Shown one piece after another: positions 59,323 through 64,000 of a stretch of 64,000 nucleotides of DNA (its first letter is position 1; each line of letters opens with the position of its first letter). A model generated the notes under the pieces. The model was not told the origin of the DNA and searched no databases. It saw nothing but the letters and a program-made list of their open reading frames with translations. Made by a program: the position numbers and the translations under genes. This DNA comes from Candidatus Sulfopaludibacter sp. (GTDB lineage Bacteria; Acidobacteriota; Terriglobia; Bryobacterales; Bryobacteraceae): positions 868 through 64,867 of the forward strand of contig DASZMZ010000066.1 of assembly GCA_035551455.1 (NCBI GenBank). Reading direction: 5' to 3'.

Positions 59323-60768
59323 CTACAGTTTCCCACGATTTTCCGCGGGCTGCAGGGGCATAATCAAGCTCAACAGTACCGTGATCAGGAAGTTCACGCA
59401 CAACGCCAGAAAGCCCGCACTCCAGCCGTGGAACGGGTCGCGATGGGTGAGCATGAGGATCGCGACGAGTCCCACTCCGGCGACCATACCCGCGAACACC
59501 GCGGCCATGGCGGCGCGTTTCCAGAACAGCCCCAGCACCACTCCGGGAAAGAACTGCGTGACCCCGGCATACCCCAGCAGCAGCAGTGAAACCAGCGTCG
59601 TCGAACTGTAGATGGCGAAGTAGAGACTCACCAGGCTGATCACCACCACCATGATGCGCGCCGTCTTCGCCACCTGATCGTCCGTCATGTGTGGCGCGAC
59701 GATGGGCCGCCAGAAGTTCTTCGCGAACAGCGTGGCCGCGGTCAGGATGAAGACGGCGGCGGGCACGATCGCCGTCAGCGCGCCTGCGCCGCCGATCAGT
59801 CCGAGGAACCAGGGCGGAAAGCTCTGGCGCACGATGGTCAGCAGCGCCAAGTCGCCATTCGGCAGTCCCGGGACCACCAGCACGGCCGCGAAGCCCGCGA
59901 AGAACACGAACGCCAGCGTCAGCGTATACAGCGGCATCGCCACCGCATTGCGGCGCAGCGTGTCGCCGCTCTTGGCAGTGTACGAAGCGGCGAAAGCATG
60001 CGGCCACATGTAGAAGCCCAACGAGGTGAGCAGCACCGTGGAAACGTACCAGGAGTGGCCCAGATTCGGCGTCGCGCCGGGCATGGTCAGGTGCGCCGGA
60101 TGCGTTCGCGCCAACGCCGCGAACATAGGTCCGATTCCGCCGAAGTGCAGGTAGGGGATGCCGATGCCGATGGCCACCGCGGCAACCAGCATCAGGACGT
60201 CTTTCAGTACGCTGACCCAGGCCACCGCACGTACCCCGCTGACGATGACAAAGGCCGCCAGCAGCACCACTGAGATGATCATGGCCGGGGTCCGGCCGAT
60301 GCCGTCGAAACTGGCGAGCGAGACGATGATGCCGAGTCCGGTGAGCTGCAACTGGAGATAGGGGATGAGGAAGGCGATTCCGACGATGCAGACGAACGCC
60401 GCCAGGTACTTGCTGCCGTAGCGATGGCGGAAGAAGTCGGACTGCGTCTGCAGACCATGGCGGCGTCCCACTTCCCAGATAGGCGGCAGAATAAAGAAGG
60501 ATACGACGTAGGCCAGCGTGAGGTAGGCCATGATGTAGAGCGTGGGACCGCCGCGCGAGTAGGCCCATCCGCTCGCGCCCAGGAAGGCGAACGTAGTGTA
60601 CACTTCGCCGGCCATCAGGAGGTACATCAGGAAGCCGCCGAAACCGCGCCCGCCCACGGTCCACTGTTCCAGGTCCATCTTGCGGCGCGCGCCGGCCAGG
60701 AAGCCAATCGCGGCGCCGATACCGACAATCGCGAAGATTGTGGCCAGCGAGATGGCGCTCGGCGTCAT
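59323..60768 (-). CDS. sodium:solute symporter (SSF) family transporter
   Basis: Start at MTPSAISLATIF. 12 or more TM segments, with GGRGFG......AGEVYT typical of SSF. Confidence 0.88.
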   Translation of the reverse strand: MTPSAISLATIFAIVGIGAAIGFLAGARRKMDLEQWTVGGRGFGGFLMYLLMAGEVYTTFAFLGASGWAYSRGGPTLYIMAYLTLAYVVSFFILPPIWEVGRRHGLQTQSDFFRHRYGSKYLAAFVCIVGIAFLIPYLQLQLTGLGIIVSLASFDGIGRTPAMIISVVLLAAFVIVSGVRAVAWVSVLKDVLMLVAAVAIGIGIPYLHFGGIGPMFAALARTHPAHLTMPGATPNLGHSWYVSTVLLTSLGFYMWPHAFAASYTAKSGDTLRRNAVAMPLYTLTLAFVFFAGFAAVLVVPGLPNGDLALLTIVRQSFPPWFLGLIGGAGALTAIVPAAVFILTAATLFAKNFWRPIVAPHMTDDQVAKTARIMVVVISLVSLYFAIYSSTTLVSLLLLGYAGVTQFFPGVVLGLFWKRAAMAAVFAGMVAGVGLVAILMLTHRDPFHGWSAGFLALCVNFLITVLLSLIMPLQPAENRGKL

Positions 60769-60968
60769 TCGGCGCCGCCATCCAGCCGGTACGCGGCCCA
60801 GAGGCAGACACTGCTCAGCACGATCCAGCAGATCAACCAGAAGAGGTTGAACGGCAGGCCCAGAATCATCGGTTCCACACGGTCCCAAAGCGAGACGGAG
60901 AAGCACATCGCGGCGAACGGGACGAGTCCCAGCGCCAGTGCGCCGCGGGATGGCTTCCTCTCGGACAC
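60765..60968 (-). CDS. DUF3311-family small membrane protein (SSF partner)
   Basis: 67 aa with two TM helices. Its stop overlaps the start of the symporter gene by 4 nt, the usual DUF3311-SSF arrangement. Confidence 0.75.
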   Translation of the reverse strand: MSERKPSRGALALGLVPFAAMCFSVSLWDRVEPMILGLPFNLFWLICWIVLSSVCLWAAYRLDGGAE

Positions 60969-60978
60969 GGGCTCCTGA

Positions 60979-63357
60979 TTATTGGCCGCCGCGACCGCCT
61001 TGAGCCGGGGCCGACAGCTGGTAGTTGGCCGGAGGCTCCGCGTTGTATAGATAGCGGATGAAGTAATCCCAGCGACGGCGCGTCATGTAATTGGCGGCAG
61101 CGCCGTAGCCGTGCGCGGCGTTGGGGAACATGATCAGGTCGAAATCCTTGTTGGCCTTGATCAGTTCGTTCACCACCAGCAGCGTGTTGTATGGCGGCAC
61201 GTTGTTGTCCATGGTGCCGTGCGCCAGCAGCAGGTGGCCCTTGAGATTCTTCGCCAGCAGTTGGTTGGCCTGGCTATCGTAGTTATCGCCGGCACTGCCG
61301 GGCTTGTCCTGCAGCAGACCCTGCCACTTTTCGCCCCAATCGTCTTCGTACTCGCGATTGTCGTGATTGCCGGATTCGCTGATCCCCACCTTAAAGAAAT
61401 CGGGATACCGGAACATGGCGTCGGCCGTGGCGTATCCCCCGCCTGAGTGGCCGTAGATGCCGGTCCGCTCCAGATCGATGTACGGGTACTTGGCGGCCAG
61501 TTGGCGCATGGCGGCCACCTGATCGGGCAGCGTGTTGTCACCCATGTCGCCGTAATAGGCTTCGTGGAATTTCTTGGAGCGCCACGGCGTCCCCATTCCG
61601 TCGATTTCGACCACGATGAAGCCGAGTTCGGCCAGGGCATCGCAATCTCCGCGCGCCGCCGAGAAACTGCGCGAGCCCACGCTGCCGGTCTGCGGTCCGG
61701 GGTAGATGTGATTGATGATCGGGTACTTCTTATTAAGGTCGAGATTCGACGGCTTGAACATCAGGCCGTAAATGTCGGTGACGCCGTCGCGCGCCTTCAC
61801 GCTGAACGGCACGGGCGCCTTCCAACCCGTGGCCAGCAGTTTGGAGATGTCGGCCTTCTCCAGATTCGCAATCAGCTTGCCGTTCCGGTCGCGCACCAAG
61901 GCGACCGGCGGCACATCGGGCTTCGAGTAGCTATCCACGAAGTATGCGCCGTCGGGCGAAAGCGTGACGTCGTGGTTCCCGTCTTCGGGGGTGAGCAGCG
62001 CCGCGTTCTTGCCGTCAAAGCCCACCTTGTAGAGGTATGCGAAATACGGGTCGCGACCCTTCTCCCGGCCCACGCCCAGGAAGTAGATCAGGCGATTCTG
62101 TTCGTCCACGCGCAGGATGCGAGTAACGTTGCCTTCGCCCGTCGTGATTTGATTTTTCAACTTGCCGGTATTCAGATCGTGCAGATAGAGGTGGCCCCAG
62201 TTGTCCTTCTCGCTGAACCAGATGAATTCGTTCGAGGCCGGCAGGTAATGCCAGTCGACGCGCCCGTTACCCGATTCGAAGAACGTGGCGACCTTCTCCT
62301 CCATCACCTCGCGGACCGCACCAGTCGCCGTGTCGGCCACCTTCAACTGCTCGATCTTGTGATCGCGCGAGGTGGAGACGAAGGCCAGGTGCGAGCCGTC
62401 GGGCGCCCATTGCACGTCGCCCCAATCGCCCCCGCAAGCCAGGTCGTCGCAGAGGGTGGAGCGGTGCTGGTCGGGCGGCATTTGCAGCCGAATCACCTTA
62501 GCCGCATCCAGATCGATCACCACCCGCTGAATCATGGTCACCGTGTGATCGCCGGGCAGCGGATATTTCCAGGAGCGCAGCGTGGGATGGCCCACCTTCG
62601 TCTCCACCAGGTACATTTCACCGACGCCGCGCTGATCCTGTTGAAAGGTGGCGACCTTGCGGGAATCGGGAGACCAGGACACGATGGCGCGATCGCTCGT
62701 GCTCCAGCCCGCGTTATCGGTGGCGTAGCCGAAATCCTTGATGCCGTCCGTGGTCAACTGAGTCTCTTTGTTGGAGGCGGCGTCGCGCATCCAGAGGTTG
62801 TAGTCGCGGATGAAGACGGCGCGCTTCTTGTCCGGCGAGAGCGATTCGTTGCGCCCCCCGGTCGCGCCGCCGCCCCGTCCACCACGTCCGCCGCGTCCAC
62901 CGCCGCCGCCGGTCGATGCCGTGGCTACTCCCCGGTCGGCGCACTTGCTGCCCTGGGTATCGCATTCATAATGACGGCCGCTGTAGTTGAAGGAGACGGT
63001 CTGGCCATCGGACGTGACGTCGATCTCCTGGAACGGCAGGCGGTATGCGTTCACGCCCCCGCCGGCCACGCTGGACAGTGCAGCCGCCACTTTGACATGG
63101 TCGAAAGCCGGTTGCCGGGTTCCTTTGGCCGGATCCACCAGAATGAACTCGGTGCCTTGCGCCGTGGTGTTGCGGTAGTAGAAACGGTCGCCCGAAATCC
63201 AGGACGGCCGCACGCCGCCGTTGTACACCAGCGGCGTAGTGTTGTACGTCATGAACTTCTCCGCGCGCGCATAATCGGCGGCGGTAAAGCGGGTCTGGGA
63301 TAACGCGGGCAGGCCGGTCAAAATGACTGCCAGGGACAGGAAATATTTCGGACGCAT
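60979..63357 (-). CDS. exported S9-family serine peptidase (DPP-IV-like propeller plus alpha/beta hydrolase)
   Basis: 792 aa with a signal peptide, a propeller region, the catalytic-Ser context GIYGHSGGGYA, and later D and H (GTMDNNV, NAAHGY). An internal GGGGGRGGRGGRGGG tract is present. Confidence 0.88.
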   Translation of the reverse strand: MRPKYFLSLAVILTGLPALSQTRFTAADYARAEKFMTYNTTPLVYNGGVRPSWISGDRFYYRNTTAQGTEFILVDPAKGTRQPAFDHVKVAAALSSVAGGGVNAYRLPFQEIDVTSDGQTVSFNYSGRHYECDTQGSKCADRGVATASTGGGGGRGGRGGRGGGATGGRNESLSPDKKRAVFIRDYNLWMRDAASNKETQLTTDGIKDFGYATDNAGWSTSDRAIVSWSPDSRKVATFQQDQRGVGEMYLVETKVGHPTLRSWKYPLPGDHTVTMIQRVVIDLDAAKVIRLQMPPDQHRSTLCDDLACGGDWGDVQWAPDGSHLAFVSTSRDHKIEQLKVADTATGAVREVMEEKVATFFESGNGRVDWHYLPASNEFIWFSEKDNWGHLYLHDLNTGKLKNQITTGEGNVTRILRVDEQNRLIYFLGVGREKGRDPYFAYLYKVGFDGKNAALLTPEDGNHDVTLSPDGAYFVDSYSKPDVPPVALVRDRNGKLIANLEKADISKLLATGWKAPVPFSVKARDGVTDIYGLMFKPSNLDLNKKYPIINHIYPGPQTGSVGSRSFSAARGDCDALAELGFIVVEIDGMGTPWRSKKFHEAYYGDMGDNTLPDQVAAMRQLAAKYPYIDLERTGIYGHSGGGYATADAMFRYPDFFKVGISESGNHDNREYEDDWGEKWQGLLQDKPGSAGDNYDSQANQLLAKNLKGHLLLAHGTMDNNVPPYNTLLVVNELIKANKDFDLIMFPNAAHGYGAAANYMTRRRWDYFIRYLYNAEPPANYQLSAPAQGGRGGQ

Positions 63358-63421
63358 TAGGCCGGATAATCACATTAATGCAGTGGTGAAGTCAAGCGCG
63401 GCGGGTGTAGGCTGGGATTCA

Positions 63422-64000
63422 ATGAGAGCACTTCTTTTGGCACTGGCGGCGCTGGGCGCCCACGCGCAGACCGCGCCCGATTTCGAGGTTGCGTCCGTGA
63501 AGGTGGCGCCCCCGCGTTCGGGTGCAGCCGGCTACACAGCCGTGGAGAGCGACCCGGCCATGGTCCGGTATTCCAACATCACGTTGAAGAATCTACTGGC
63601 AATGGCATACCGGATCAACAGCGACCTCGTATCCGGCCCGGAGTGGATCGACAGCGCTCAATATGACGTGGCCGCGAGGCTGCCGCCCGATACTGCGAAG
63701 GACCGCGTGCCGGCCATGCTCCAGAGACTGCTCACTGAGCGCTTCAAACTGGCGGTGCACCGCGAGACGAAGGAGCAGCGGGCATACCTTCTGGTGGTGG
63801 CCAAGGGCGGCCCGAAACTGAAAGAAGGGCGTGCCGAGGGCGGCCAGAGTCAAATGTGGCCCGGCGGCATCTCGGGCCCTTCGATGCCAGTGGGAGTTTT
63901 GGCGTCGATGGTCGGACGGTTTCTGGGCTATCAGGTGGTGGACAAGACGGGGCTAACAGGCACCTACGACATCATGCTGCGGTTTACACCGGAAAACAGC
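63422..64000 (+). CDS. TIGR03435-family exported protein (3'-truncated by the window edge)
   Basis: My own translation from the ATG at 63422: MRALLLALAALGAHAQTAPDFEVASVKVAPP...NITLKNLLAMAYRINSDLVSGPEWIDSAQYDVAARLP. It stays open to the window end and is a paralogue of 5553-6275. Confidence 0.85.
   Translation, partial: MRALLLALAALGAHAQTAPDFEVASVKVAPPRSGAAGYTAVESDPAMVRYSNITLKNLLAMAYRINSDLVSGPEWIDSAQYDVAARLPPDTAKDRVPAMLQRLLTERFKLAVHRETKEQRAYLLVVAKGGPKLKEGRAEGGQSQMWPGGISGPSMPVGVLASMVGRFLGYQVVDKTGLTGTYDIMLRFTPENS

Noticed and set aside
57911-60811. 966-aa ORF presented as one giant protein
   Set aside because: Only the residues from MVGRTISHYN... (ATG at 59302) form a kinase. The upstream ~500 codons are an out-of-frame read-through across the SSF symporter gene (59323-60768), whose own frame gives a clean 12-TM transporter.
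1-64000. tRNA, rRNA, CRISPR arrays and riboswitches (for example SAM upstream of metX)
   Set aside because: Intergenic regions are mostly under 120 nt. The only long ones (14952-15418, 30729-30930, 20238-20396) show no cloverleaf, rRNA-like or repeat-spacer pattern by eye. The metX upstream region is only about 52 nt, too short for a SAM riboswitch. A covariance-model scan would be needed to exclude small RNAs.

Overview
A 64-kb high-GC bacterial chromosomal segment with dense coding on both strands. It is almost certainly from Acidobacteriota (Solibacter/Bryobacter-like): all four Acidobacteria/Solibacter signature families, TIGR03434 ADOP permease, TIGR03435, TIGR03436 VWFA-related and TIGR03437 C-terminal domain, can be recognised by eye. 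Housekeeping core on the minus strand: rplA-rplJ-rplL-rpoB-rpoC (6.3-17.1 kb), rsfS-rlmH-accD-folC (20.4-23.3 kb), hpt and ispG. metX-metW lies on the plus strand. The remainder is typical acidobacterial exported or outer-membrane content: a CarboxypepD_reg/TonB-dependent-like porin, BNR/sortilin-like, NHL, YVTN and Kelch-like propellers, a VWA protein, an S9 peptidase, a PQQ quinohemoprotein, plus transporters and small hypotheticals. I found no rRNA, tRNA, CRISPR array, transposase or integrase. Points worth a second look: (1) a 98-bp direct repeat made of a duplicated folC 3' end brackets a 1.08-kb low-GC islet carrying one exported-protein gene; (2) two neighbouring genes carry IPTL-CTERM-type sorting tails; (3) a ~60-aa four-Cys-pair (double zinc-ribbon-like) insertion sits near the RpoB N-terminus; (4) the ribosomal/RNAP cluster lacks rplK/nusG/secE upstream of rplA; (5) three genes look frameshifted or degraded (ferritin-like remnant, ADOP permease, Ser/Thr kinase); (6) a Tat-signal PLP aminotransferase is start/stop-coupled to a STAS-less SulP transporter; (7) GGRGG-type low-complexity loops recur in several unrelated exported proteins. 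I cannot point to a clear self-contained novel multi-gene system such as a defence island. All calls come from reading the translations and the DNA, and no database search was run.
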